Below are positions 18,538 through 28,257 of a DNA stretch of 41,420 nucleotides, piece after piece. The translations under genes were made by a program, and so were the position numbers. Under the pieces are notes generated by a model. It made no database searches, had not been told where the DNA came from, and worked only from the letters and a program-made list of their open reading frames with translations. How positions within the stretch are numbered: the stretch's first letter is position 1; each line of letters starts with the position of its first letter. Source of the DNA: an uncultured Gammaproteobacteria bacterium (GTDB lineage Bacteria; Pseudomonadota; Gammaproteobacteria; JAKDMP01); the NCBI GenBank assembly GCA_964554305.1, contig CAZKOE010000002.1:2034-43453 (forward strand). The letters are read 5' to 3'.

Positions 18538-19218
18538 ATGGGGCCGCGTTTCGATGTGGTGACGATCTTCCCGGAGATGATTGCCGGGACGCTCGGTTAC
18601 GGCGTGGCGTCCCGGGCGCTGGAGGCCGGAAAGGTTCACGTGGAGACCTGGGATCCGCGCGAGTACGCGACCGGTCGGCACCGCAGCGTGGACGATCGGC
18701 CCTACGGCGGTGGTCCGGGGATGGTGATGCTGTTCGAGCCGCTTGCGGCCGCGGTGCGCAAGGCGCGCGCGGCGCGAGGCGACGACGCCGAGGTGATCTA
18801 CCTGAGCCCGCAGGGCGAGCGCTTCGATGCCGCAGAGGCCAGGCGCCTGGCCGCGGGACCGGGGGCGATCCTCGTCTGTGGTCGCTACGAGGGCGTGGAT
18901 GAGCGTTTTGTCGATGCCTGCGTGGATCGCGAGCTCTCGATCGGCGATTACGTGCTGTCGGGTGGCGAGGCGGCGGCGCTGGTGGTAATGGATGCGGTGT
19001 TCCGCTTTGTGCCGGGGGTGCTCGGCGATGCGGATTCGGCAGCCGAGGACTCCTTCGCGGAAGGGCTCCTCGATTGCCCGCATTACACGCGTCCTGAGGA
19101 GATCGAAGGCCGGCGGGTGCCCGAGGTGCTGCTTTCGGGCGATCACGCCGCCGTGCGCCGCTGGCGGCGCGGCGAGGCCGAGCGGCGCACGCGCGAGCGG
19201 CGCGAGGATTTGTTGTAG
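18538..19218 (+). CDS. trmD: tRNA (guanine37-N1)-methyltransferase
   Basis: FDVVTIFPEM, RPYGGGPGMV and SIGDYVLSGGE are present. ATG 18538 was chosen over the listed start at 18445, which overlaps rimM. Confidence 0.9.
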   Translation: MGPRFDVVTIFPEMIAGTLGYGVASRALEAGKVHVETWDPREYATGRHRSVDDRPYGGGPGMVMLFEPLAAAVRKARAARGDDAEVIYLSPQGERFDAAEARRLAAGPGAILVCGRYEGVDERFVDACVDRELSIGDYVLSGGEAAALVVMDAVFRFVPGVLGDADSAAEDSFAEGLLDCPHYTRPEEIEGRRVPEVLLSGDHAAVRRWRRGEAERRTRERREDLL

Positions 19219-19262
19219 GAGCGGGCCCTGCCCGTGACAGATAGCTTGACAGGAGAACGGCA

Positions 19263-19607
19263 ATGAGTCAGGTCATTCAGGAACTCGAACGCGAGCAGAT
19301 GCGCGATGACATTCCGGCGTTTGCTCCCGGCGATACAGTGGTGGTGCAGGTCAAGGTGAGCGAGGGCGGGCGTGACCGCCTGCAGGCTTTCGAGGGCGTC
19401 GTGATCGCCCGGCGCAACCGCGGCGTTGCCAGCTCGTTTACCGTGCGCAAGGTTTCGCACGGCGAGGGCGTCGAGCGCAAGTTCCTGATGCACAGCAAGG
19501 CGATCGCGAGTGTCGAACTCAAGCGCAAGGGCAACGTCAGCCGTGCCAAGCTCTACTACCTGCGCGACCGCCGCGGCAAGGCCGCCCGGATCAAGGAAAA
19601 GGTCTGA
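19263..19607 (+). CDS. rplS: 50S ribosomal protein L19
   Basis: [39 protein letters not shown] is canonical L19. Confidence 0.95.
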   Translation: MSQVIQELEREQMRDDIPAFAPGDTVVVQVKVSEGGRDRLQAFEGVVIARRNRGVASSFTVRKVSHGEGVERKFLMHSKAIASVELKRKGNVSRAKLYYLRDRRGKAARIKEKV

Positions 19608-19796
19608 CTCTGCGGGGAGCACCGGGACCTTGTCGGCTTTCCCCGGACAGCGGTGCGACACGCCGGGGATCGCGGGCGGGCACCTTCTACCTTCTGCGTC
19701 AAGGACCGGTCGCTCGGGAGCACGCATTCACACAGAGCCTTTGGTAACGTTTTTTCTGTGCTAGGATTCGTAATCTGTCCCTTTTGACGCCCCGGC

Positions 19797-21020
19797 ATGA
19801 GGATGATCGAAACGCGCTGCTGCATCGTCGGTGGCGGCCCCGCCGGGATGATGCTGGGCCTGATACTTGCCCGCGCCGGGGTGCCGGTCGTGGTGCTCGA
19901 GAAGCACGGCGATTTCCTGCGTGATTTTCGCGGCGACACGGTGCAGCCGTCCACCCTGCGTATTCTCGCCGACCTCGGGCTCCTCGATCGGTTCTGGCGG
20001 CTTCCGGTGCACAAGGACGAGGTCATGCACGCGGAGCTGGCAAACGGCAGCTTTGCCGTCGCCGATTTTCGCGGCCTCAAGGATTTCCCCTACCTCGCAC
20101 TGACCCCGCAGTGGGACTTTCTGAACATGCTGGCCGAGGAGAGCGGGCGCTATCCGGATTATTGCCTGCTGATGCACACGGAAGGCCGCGAGCCGATCGA
20201 GGAGACGGGGCGCATCGTCGGGGTACGCGCCGCGGGGCCCGAGGGCGAAGTTGAGATTCGCGCCGACCTGGTCGTCGGTACCGACGGGCGACACTCGACG
20301 ATGCGCGCCGCCGCGGGTTTCGAGCCGCGGGAGTTTGGTGCGCCGGTGGACTGCCTGTGGTTTCGCCTCTCGCGTCGCGCAGGCGATCGGGAGGCGACCG
20401 GCGGCATCGTCGGCAAGGGCCAGATGATCGTGATGTTGAACCGCGACAGCTATTGGCAGATTGCCTATGTGATTGCCAAGGGCGGTTTCGATGCATTCCG
20501 TGCTCGCGGGCTCGAGGCATTTCGCGAACAGCTGGCGGCGCTCGCGCCGTTTCTCGCCGAACGCGTGGGCGAGATTCAATCCCTGGACGATCTCAATCTG
20601 CTGTCGGTGCAAGTGGATCGTCTCGCGTGTTGGCATCGCCCGGGCCTGCTCCTGATCGGCGATGCCGCCCATGCCATGTCGCCGGTCGGAGGCGTGGGCG
20701 TCAATTACGCGATCCAGGATGCGGTGGCTGCGGCCAATATTCTTGGGCCGATCCTGCGCGCCGAGCGGCGTCTCGATGAAAACGATCTGGCTCGCGTGCA
20801 GCGGCGGCGCGAGTGGCCGGTGCGGGTCATGCAGCGTATTCAAATCACGATTCAGAATCGTATTCTGAGCCAGGCGATCGATTCGGCATCGGAGGGGCTG
20901 CGCATGGGAGGGCTTGCGGGCTTCCTGCTGCGCTTTGGCTTCGTGCGCCGGATTCCGGCCCGCCTGATGGGCTACGGCGTTCGCCACGAGCGGGTCCGGC
21001 TGAAGCCCGCATCGGTTTGA
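19797..21020 (+). CDS. FAD-dependent monooxygenase/oxidoreductase (UbiH/PheA-like fold)
   Basis: GxGxxG motif VGGGPAGMMLG, then DGRHS and GDAAHAMSPVGGVGVN. Confidence 0.8.
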   Translation: MRMIETRCCIVGGGPAGMMLGLILARAGVPVVVLEKHGDFLRDFRGDTVQPSTLRILADLGLLDRFWRLPVHKDEVMHAELANGSFAVADFRGLKDFPYLALTPQWDFLNMLAEESGRYPDYCLLMHTEGREPIEETGRIVGVRAAGPEGEVEIRADLVVGTDGRHSTMRAAAGFEPREFGAPVDCLWFRLSRRAGDREATGGIVGKGQMIVMLNRDSYWQIAYVIAKGGFDAFRARGLEAFREQLAALAPFLAERVGEIQSLDDLNLLSVQVDRLACWHRPGLLLIGDAAHAMSPVGGVGVNYAIQDAVAAANILGPILRAERRLDENDLARVQRRREWPVRVMQRIQITIQNRILSQAIDSASEGLRMGGLAGFLLRFGFVRRIPARLMGYGVRHERVRLKPASV

Positions 21021-21093
21021 GATTCCCTTGCCGGTGGGGGAGACCGGCCCGGCCTGATAAAATGCCGTCGTTGAATTACAACGGCAAACGGTA

Positions 21094-22962
21094 ATGGCGA
21101 AGCCGCGCAGTGGGTTCCTCCGCTTCCTGATCGGTATATTCAAGGGGATAGATATTCTCCGGCGGGCCATCGTCGCCATCGTCGTGATCGGCATCGTTGT
21201 CATCGTCCTGGTTTGGGTTTTCACTCCGAAAGGCCCCACGGTCCCGAAAACGGCGGCGCTGGCGCTCGATCCCCAGGGCATGCTGGTCGAGCAGATTCCC
21301 GATCCGGTCAAGCGCGCCATGCACAAGCTTGCCGGCATGCCCGTTTCGCCGGTGACCCGTGTGCGCGATCTGGTCCACGCGCTCGACACCGCGGCGGGCG
21401 ATCCGCACATCGAAGCCGTCACGCTCGACCTGGATGATTTCGCGGGCGGTAGTCTCCCGCAACTCAAGCGGGTCGCGAAGGCCATGGCGCGCTTCGAGAA
21501 GAGCGGCAAGCCGGTGGTGGCCTACGCCGCCGACTACAGCCAGGGCTCCTATTACCTTGCCGCGGCGGCGAACAAGGCCTATCTGACGAGTCCGCAGGGG
21601 ATGGTCGGTGTGGTGGGGCTAGCGGCCTACACTAATTATTACAAGGATCTCATCGACAAACTCAAGGTCGAGTGGCACGTGTTCCGGGTCGGCAAGTACA
21701 AGGATTACGTCGAGCCGTATACGCGCAACGACATGTCGCCGGCAGCGAAGGAAGAAACGACCGAGTTGATCGACGTGTTGTGGCATCGTTACACCAACGC
21801 GGTAGCCGAGGCGCGAGGCAACAATCCGGCGGACGTCGTTTCGCTTGCCGACAATCTGCCTGCGGCGCTCACGAAGATGGGCGGTAGCGCCGCCAAGGTG
21901 GCGAAGCACGGCAATTTGATCGACGGCGTCGTTTCCCTCCCGGCGCTGAATCGACAAATTGGCAAGTTGGTCGGTGCGGATGCCGACACCGGAGAATACC
22001 GCAGCGTTTCGCTCAAGCAATATCTCGCCGCGCGCCGGCCCGCCGCGCATATCGCCAACCGCGCCTGGGACCAGGTGGCGATCATCGTCGCCCAGGGCGA
22101 CATCGTGACCGGCGAGGCCCCGCCCGGCACCATCGGTGCCGATACGTTGTCGGATTTGCTCAACCGGGCGGCCCACGACGATCGTATCAAGGCGGTCGTG
22201 CTCGATGTTGACAGCCCCGGCGGGAGCGCCATTGCCTCCAGCCAGATTCTGAATGCAGAGGTGGCGCTGGAGAAGACGGGCAAGCCGCTGGTGATTTCCA
22301 TGTCCGGTGTCGCCGCCTCGGGCGGTTACTGGATTTCCATGGCGGGGGACAAGATCTTCGCCTCGCCGGCGACGATCACGGGCTCGATCGGCATCTTCGG
22401 CATGTTCCCCACGTTCCAGAACACCATGGCCTGGGTCGGCATTCACCGGGATGGCGTCGAGACTTCGCCGCTTGCCGATTTCGGCGATCCCATGCGCCCG
22501 CTCACACCGCCGGAGGCCAAGGTTTTCCGGCTCACCGTCAACCATGGCTATGCCGAGTTCACGGGCCACGTGTCGCATTATCGCAACCTGCCCCTGAGCC
22601 ACGTTCAGGCGATTGCACAGGGTCGGGTGTGGCCGGGGACCGATGCCAAACGCATCGGCCTGATTGACGACTTCGGTGACCTTGCGACGGCGGTCAAGTC
22701 CGCTGCCGCCCTTGCCAGGTTGCAGCATTATGGCGTCACCTACATTGCCCCCGAACTCTCCGGAACCCAGCGCTTCATCGTCAACCTCGCGAACAACCCC
22801 GATGCCCGCAGCGTCACGATGCACCTTTTCGGCGGCGGGGAACACCCGCTCATCGAGGCTGCGCAGCCGCTCCTGAAGGGGCTCAAGAGCACCCTGTCGC
22901 TCCAGGATCCACGCGGCGTTTACGCCTATTGCTTCTGTGGCGCAATCGCGCGAATCCACTAA
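21094..22962 (+). CDS. sppA: signal peptide peptidase SppA (protease IV, 67K type)
   Basis: N-terminal TM segment. Two S49 modules. Catalytic-region motif SGVAASGGYWISMAGDKIFA. Confidence 0.85.
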   Translation: MAKPRSGFLRFLIGIFKGIDILRRAIVAIVVIGIVVIVLVWVFTPKGPTVPKTAALALDPQGMLVEQIPDPVKRAMHKLAGMPVSPVTRVRDLVHALDTAAGDPHIEAVTLDLDDFAGGSLPQLKRVAKAMARFEKSGKPVVAYAADYSQGSYYLAAAANKAYLTSPQGMVGVVGLAAYTNYYKDLIDKLKVEWHVFRVGKYKDYVEPYTRNDMSPAAKEETTELIDVLWHRYTNAVAEARGNNPADVVSLADNLPAALTKMGGSAAKVAKHGNLIDGVVSLPALNRQIGKLVGADADTGEYRSVSLKQYLAARRPAAHIANRAWDQVAIIVAQGDIVTGEAPPGTIGADTLSDLLNRAAHDDRIKAVVLDVDSPGGSAIASSQILNAEVALEKTGKPLVISMSGVAASGGYWISMAGDKIFASPATITGSIGIFGMFPTFQNTMAWVGIHRDGVETSPLADFGDPMRPLTPPEAKVFRLTVNHGYAEFTGHVSHYRNLPLSHVQAIAQGRVWPGTDAKRIGLIDDFGDLATAVKSAAALARLQHYGVTYIAPELSGTQRFIVNLANNPDARSVTMHLFGGGEHPLIEAAQPLLKGLKSTLSLQDPRGVYAYCFCGAIARIH

Positions 22963-23030
22963 AGTGGAACTGATGCTTTTGTGCCGGCGCTGACGATCGT
23001 GTGGGTCGCCGAACCCTCTGGGTCTTTCCA

Positions 23031-23920
23031 ATGCATGATTCAGATCCGAAGCAACGGCGCCTGATCGCCTGGGAGATCGCGATATTCGTGGTCTTGCTGG
23101 TGGCGGTTACCTTGCGCAACGCCTTCAGCGTGCTGACCAATTACGCCCGTTTCGTGACTCCCTGGCGGTCTGGGAACCCTTCGTTTGGGAAATCTCCAGC
23201 AATCTGCTGATCGCGACCCTGATTCCCGCCATCGCCTGGTTGAACCGGTGGCTCCCGGTCGCCGATCGCCGTTGGTATCGGAGCGTTCCGGTTCATCTCG
23301 TTGCTACGCTGCCGTTTTCGATCGTTCATGTTGCCGGCATGGTGGGCCTGCGCAAGCTCGCCTATGCGCTTGCCGGCGAAAGCCACCATTTCGGTCTCGT
23401 TGTTTCGGGCTGGATCCACGAGTATCGCAAGGACTTCGTAGCCTACTGGATCATCATCGGCATTCTTTGCGCCTTCGGGGTCCGGCGCCGCTGGCGCGAG
23501 ACGCAGGAGGCGATCCGGCGACTGGAGCCGCAAATGCCCGAGAACGGTGTCGTTCGGCTCGACCGGCTTGTGGTACGCAAACTCAACCGCGAATTCATTC
23601 TCGATGTCGGCGAGATCGCCTGCATCGAGTCCGACGGTAATTACGTGACCGTGCACGCGAACAGGACGACCTACCAGCTGCGCGCCTCGCTGGCGAGTCT
23701 CTCGAAACGGCTGGACGAGCGCCGCTTCGTGCAGGTTCACCGTGGCCAGATCGTGAACGTCGATTACATTCGCGAGATTCGGCCGTGGTATCACGGCGAC
23801 TATCGCGTGCTGCTCGAGGACGGGAGTTTCGTCAATTTCAGTCGCCGCCACCGCGGCCGACTCGAGAATCTGTTCGGCCTTGCGGCGGGGCGACCTCAGC
23901 GGGACCCCGCTCGTCCCTGA
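23031..23920 (+). pseudogene. membrane-anchored LytTR-domain regulator, apparently frameshifted (longest intact ORF 23240..23920)
   Basis: ATG 23031 gives the first TM segment (AWEIAIFVVLLVAVTL..NYARF) in one frame. The continuation (DSLAVWEPFVWEISSNLLIATLIPAIAW...) is open in another frame from 23039 onward and runs into the LytTR domain (GNYVTVHANRTTYQLR, FVQVHRGQIVN). The switch lies near 23150-23160. Confidence 0.6.
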
Positions 23921-24164
23921 ATCGCTCCGCTCGGTGCCGTCTTCGGTGGTAGGTCAGAACGGAATCTGATTACGCCAACGACACTGGCACACTGACATTC
24001 ACAATTCCTTCGCGGGAGAAGGTTTGGAGTGAGAGGTTGCGCCTCAGGGCGGCGCCGTGAATTATCCCCCTCGCCTTGTCTCTCTTCCACAAGGGGAGAA
24101 GAGTGACAGGTCGACTGTACGTGGCGTATCCGCAACCTTGATGAGTTCGCATTGACGCCGACAT

Positions 24165-24434
24165 TTGCATTGCCGGCAACGTCTGCGTGGGCGGCGCAAC
24201 CGACAAAGGGTTGGGGCTATTACGGCGGCGGGTAGTTACCTCGTCGCCGACCTGGAAGCCGGATTCCGCCAGCAAGCCGATGCCTGGCGATTCCGGGAAT
24301 TCGTACGTATTGACAATCTTTTCGATCGCGCCTGCATCGGCGCCGTGATCGTGGATGCGGGCAACGGCCGCTACTTCGAGCCGGCGTCGGGCCGCAATCA
24401 CCTTCTCGGTTTACGTGCCAGTTACAGCTTCTGA
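24165..24434 (+). pseudogene. TonB-dependent receptor, C-terminal remnant only
   Basis: WRFREFVRIDNLFDRACIGAVIVDAGNGRYFEPASGRNHLLGLRASYSF ends in the typical TBDR last strands with a terminal aromatic residue. No plug or barrel sequence lies upstream, and the preceding 250 bp is non-coding. Confidence 0.55.
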
Positions 24435-24441
24435 GTGCCCT

Positions 24442-26643
24442 TCAACAGGTATCGTGAAACGAGGAGCAGCGTTCGCTTTTTTCTCTCGCGCCGATGCATT
24501 CGAGCCGGGCACGGTACGGGAGCCAGGCAGGCGGCGAGTGAAAACCGTGCATTTTGCGATGCAGGAGGGACAGCGCGGCTTCGTTTCCGGCGAGGATCGC
24601 TTTGGTATTGCGATCGAGGGCTTCCGGGCCCTTCGCGAGCGCCTTTTCGATCGGCGCGTCCGGTGTCCGGCGTCGGTTGGCGCAAATGCGCACGGCCCGG
24701 TTCCAGGTCGGGTCGAGCACGGCACGGGAGAAGGCGCCGAGTGGCGCGGGGTTCCCGAGTGTCTGCGGCAGCCATTCGCGTTCGCGGACCACGGGCGGTA
24801 TCTTCTTGTCTTCCGGTGTGTCAAGGAGTCCGGCGCGGGCGAGCCAGTCGCCAGGCCGGCGGCGGCTCAGAAGTACCGACACGACGGGCGCGAGGATCAG
24901 CGGCAGGGTGACCGGCAGCGACCAGTAAAGAAACAGCGGGCGCAGGTACCAGGCAAACCAGGACCAGCCGACGCCGAGGAGCAGCCCGAAGCCGTGCATC
25001 CGCAGGGCCGCGAGCCAGCCGATTTCGCCGCCGCGATTCTGCCCCGCCCAGCGCACGCGCAGGTTCACGAGCGCCTCGAGGACGAAGCGGCTGTGCGCGA
25101 GCATGCGGATGGGGGCGAGCAACATCGAGGCCAGGGTTTCCAGGGCGATCCCGAAGGCGAGGCGCAGCGTACCGCCAAAGCCGCGCCGCAGGCGGCGCCG
25201 AAACAGGGCGTCGACGAAGGCGAGGAACTTCGGCAAAAAAAGCACGAAGGCGGTGCCGAACACCAATCTGAGCGCCCATTCCGGGTGCCATTCCGGCCAC
25301 AGCGGCACCAGCCGGTGGCCGCCGGGAAAATAGTTGATCGGCCACAGGGTGAATTGTGCCACCTCGGCCGCGGACAGCGCGAGGAAGGCGAGCCACAGGG
25401 GCGCCGCGGCGTAGGACAGAACGCCGTTCAGGAAGGTGAAACGGTGGGCAAGCGCGAGGCCGCGCCCGCCGAGCATGAGCGCAATGTGCTGGAGGTTGCC
25501 CTTCGCCCAGCGCCGGTCGCGCGCGAGCTCGTCCACGAGCGTCGGTGGGGATTCCTCGTAACTCCCGGCGAGTGCGGGTTCGAGCCAGACTTCGTAGCCG
25601 CCGCGGCGCATGTAGGCGGCTTCGACGAAGTCGTGGCTGAGGACGGCGCCGCGGAACAGGCCGATGCCGCGCAGGCTCGCAATCGCGCAGTGGTCCATGA
25701 AGGCCCGGGTGCGGATGATGGCGTTGTGGCCCCAGTAGGCGCCATCGCCGAGCTGGATCGCGGCGAGACCGGCCGTGAACAGCGGGCCGTAGAGGCGGTT
25801 GGCAAATTGCTGCACGCGCGCGAAGGGCGAGCGTGCGCCGACGATGGTGGGCGGCGCTTGCAGGATGCCGATCTCCCCGTGCAGCTCCATCAGCCGGACC
25901 ATGCGAGAGATGGTCCGCCCTTCCATCAGGCTGTCGGCGTCGAGGATCAGAAAGTAGCGGAAGCGGTTGCCCCAGCGACGCATGAAATCGGCGATGTTGC
26001 CGCTCTTGTGGCGCAGATTGATGCGCCGGCGCCGGTAGTGAATGCGACCCTCGGCCCCGAGTTCGCGTACGAGTTCCGCCCAGCCCGCCTCCTCGGCGAT
26101 CCAGGTGTCGGGGTCGCGGCTGTCGGAGAGAATGAAGAATTCGAACTGCGCCAGTTGGCCGTGGCGTTCGAGCGAGCGGTACACGGCGCCGAGACCCGCG
26201 AGGCTGCGCGCCACCGGTTCCTGATAAAGCGGCATGAGGATGGCCGTCGGCGCGAGGGGGGCAGCCGCGAAGGCCCGACGGTCGGTGCGCCTGATGATTC
26301 CTTTGCGGTCGCCGCCCGCCGCGCGAACGAAGAAGCCCACGAGAGCAAGCCAGGCGCCGAGCGACACCCAGCCGAAACTGGCGGCGAAGGCGATGGCAAG
26401 CGCGACCTCGAGCGGCGTACGGCCGTGGTAGGGAAGCACCGCGAGCATGAAGTAGACGGCGAAGAGCGTTTGTACGATGAGTACGGCGATCAGCAGGAGA
26501 CGGCGCCAGTGCCCCGCCCAGGTCCAATCGCGGCGAGGTCGCCGCTGCCGCCGATGCCGATAGCGCATGCTGGCGCGAACGATGGGTGGCATCGAGCGCG
26601 GTAGTGCCTCCCCGGGCTCTTCGGCGCCGGACTCAGCTCCCAT
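24442..26643 (-). CDS. opgH: glucans biosynthesis glucosyltransferase H (osmoregulated periplasmic glucan synthase)
   Basis: GT2 motifs ILDADSLM, QAPP and WGHNAIIRTRAF are flanked by multiple TM segments. ATG 26643 overlaps the opgG 3' end by 11 nt. An alternative start is at 26592. Confidence 0.85.
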   Translation of the reverse strand: MGAESGAEEPGEALPRSMPPIVRASMRYRHRRQRRPRRDWTWAGHWRRLLLIAVLIVQTLFAVYFMLAVLPYHGRTPLEVALAIAFAASFGWVSLGAWLALVGFFVRAAGGDRKGIIRRTDRRAFAAAPLAPTAILMPLYQEPVARSLAGLGAVYRSLERHGQLAQFEFFILSDSRDPDTWIAEEAGWAELVRELGAEGRIHYRRRRINLRHKSGNIADFMRRWGNRFRYFLILDADSLMEGRTISRMVRLMELHGEIGILQAPPTIVGARSPFARVQQFANRLYGPLFTAGLAAIQLGDGAYWGHNAIIRTRAFMDHCAIASLRGIGLFRGAVLSHDFVEAAYMRRGGYEVWLEPALAGSYEESPPTLVDELARDRRWAKGNLQHIALMLGGRGLALAHRFTFLNGVLSYAAAPLWLAFLALSAAEVAQFTLWPINYFPGGHRLVPLWPEWHPEWALRLVFGTAFVLFLPKFLAFVDALFRRRLRRGFGGTLRLAFGIALETLASMLLAPIRMLAHSRFVLEALVNLRVRWAGQNRGGEIGWLAALRMHGFGLLLGVGWSWFAWYLRPLFLYWSLPVTLPLILAPVVSVLLSRRRPGDWLARAGLLDTPEDKKIPPVVREREWLPQTLGNPAPLGAFSRAVLDPTWNRAVRICANRRRTPDAPIEKALAKGPEALDRNTKAILAGNEAALSLLHRKMHGFHSPPAWLPYRARLECIGAREKSERCSSFHDTC

Positions 26644-28186
26644 GTGTGGGAATACGGTTGGGCGACGGCAGTTCGTAAGTCCAGGTTTCGCTGAGTGTCT
26701 GCTTGCCGGACTTGAGGAAGGCCCGCAGGTCTAGGGGCTTGCCTGCCGGCGCCTGGGCGAGAAACGAGAGTCGCCAGGTGCCGAGCGGTTGCACCCATTC
26801 GACATTGTGCTGGAGGATTTTCGCGCCGTTGAGGCCGCTTACGACGGCGTGTACGGGGGCGTCGGGCTTGAGCTTCGCGAGCGGGCCGCCCTTGAAGTCC
26901 ACCACGAAACGATACACGTTGGCCTTTCCGCCATTGCCGACGAAGCTGTTGGCCGCCCGCGCAAGCGGCTCGCCGGTGATGCCGGCGCCGCCGAACTCGA
27001 GCGTATAGTCCAACTCGTAATGATCGCCCGCCTTCGGCGCCTTGCTCGGACTCCAGAAGGCAACGATATTGTCGTTGATTTCGGTGTCGGTGGGAATTTC
27101 CACCAGCACGACATGCCCGTTACCCCAGTCGTTATGGGGCGTAATCCAGGCGGAGGGCCGCGTATCGTAGCGCGCCTCGGCGTCCTGATAATCGCGAAAA
27201 TGGCGGTCGCGCTGCAGCAGGCCGAAGCCCTGCGGTGAGTCCGCCTCGAAATAGTCCGTGGAGAGGTTGATCGGATTGATGAGCGGGCGCCAGAGCCATT
27301 CGCCGGTGTTCGAATGGATCAGGAGGCCGTCCGAATCGTGTATGGCCCCGCGCCATCGCCCTGCGGGGCGGGGGGTGTTTTCACCATAGTAAAACATGCT
27401 GGTGAGCGGCGCGAAACCGAGCAGCGTGATGTCCTTGCGCAGGAACAGCGAGGCCTTGACCTTGACTTGTGTCGGCGCTCCGGGGGTAACCAGGAACCGG
27501 TAGGCGCCGGCGAGACTGGGGCCGTCGAGCAGGGCGAAGAAGCGCAGGACATGCGCGTCCGGACTCGGGCGAACCAGCCAGTAATTGGTGAAAATCGGGA
27601 ATTCCTCTCCGCTCGGGAGCCCCGTGTCCACCGCAATCCCGCGCGCGGACAACCCGAAATTCTCGTTGCGGGCCACCCCACGGAAGTAACTGACGCCGGC
27701 GAAGACCAAGAACTGGTTCCGTAGGTTGGGCCCGTCGAGAGGATAGGTAAGCTTGAAGCCCGCGTAACCCAGGTTCTTGGGTATCCTGGCAGCGAGCTTT
27801 TTCGGCCAGGAGAACCAGTCCTTTTGGAACGGCACCTGGTGAACGCCGGCGGCATCCACCACGTGGATATTGACGATATGCTTGAAATACAGTCCCGGGG
27901 CGACGAGCATGACCTGGAAGTTGGAATGGCTCTGGTGCCACAGGCTGTTCTTGGGATCGAAGCGGATCTTGCGAAACTCGTCGTAACTCAGTTTCGTGAG
28001 AAAGTCGGGCGTTGCCGGCGGGGGCTTGTAAGGTTTCGCGGCGAGCGCCTTGGCCTTGGCGACGACGTCGGTGAAACCGAACGCCCGTGCGGCGCCCGGC
28101 AGGGCGGTGGCGAGCGCCACGAGGACCAGGATACTCAGCAGATACGGCGGATGCTTGGACACGCGTCGACTACTCCTCACGATCAA
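26633..28186 (-). CDS. opgG: glucans biosynthesis protein G (OpgG/OpgD family, periplasmic)
   Basis: MdoG-family length and sequence character. Signal peptide ...LLSILVLVALATALPGAARA. It lies immediately upstream of opgH. Start is TTG 28186 or GTG 28162; AGGAG lies 10 nt before the latter. Confidence 0.85.
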   Translation of the reverse strand: MIVRSSRRVSKHPPYLLSILVLVALATALPGAARAFGFTDVVAKAKALAAKPYKPPPATPDFLTKLSYDEFRKIRFDPKNSLWHQSHSNFQVMLVAPGLYFKHIVNIHVVDAAGVHQVPFQKDWFSWPKKLAARIPKNLGYAGFKLTYPLDGPNLRNQFLVFAGVSYFRGVARNENFGLSARGIAVDTGLPSGEEFPIFTNYWLVRPSPDAHVLRFFALLDGPSLAGAYRFLVTPGAPTQVKVKASLFLRKDITLLGFAPLTSMFYYGENTPRPAGRWRGAIHDSDGLLIHSNTGEWLWRPLINPINLSTDYFEADSPQGFGLLQRDRHFRDYQDAEARYDTRPSAWITPHNDWGNGHVVLVEIPTDTEINDNIVAFWSPSKAPKAGDHYELDYTLEFGGAGITGEPLARAANSFVGNGGKANVYRFVVDFKGGPLAKLKPDAPVHAVVSGLNGAKILQHNVEWVQPLGTWRLSFLAQAPAGKPLDLRAFLKSGKQTLSETWTYELPSPNRIPTHGS

Positions 28187-28257
28187 GGCGGGCTTGTTGT
28201 GACCATTTTAGGCCGGGGTCGTTCGCCCGCCATTGACTATACCTTAACGGTGGCGGT

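Noticed and set aside
19761-23031. 582-aa and 470-aa minus-strand ORFs (19761..21509, 21619..23031)
   Set aside because: They are antisense to the FAD monooxygenase and sppA, both of which carry recognisable motifs. No RBS or domain logic is present.
24080-24103. REP-like hairpin ctctcttccacaaggggagaagag
   Set aside because: It is a single imperfect copy in this window. It cannot be distinguished from chance without a genome-wide copy count, so it is mentioned only within the receptor-stump finding.
24355-26604. 749-aa ORF on the plus strand
   Set aside because: It is antisense to opgH, whose translation has clear GT2 motifs and TM segments. The plus-strand product is Arg/Gly/Pro/Ala/Glu-rich low-complexity sequence, typical of spurious long ORFs in GC-rich DNA.
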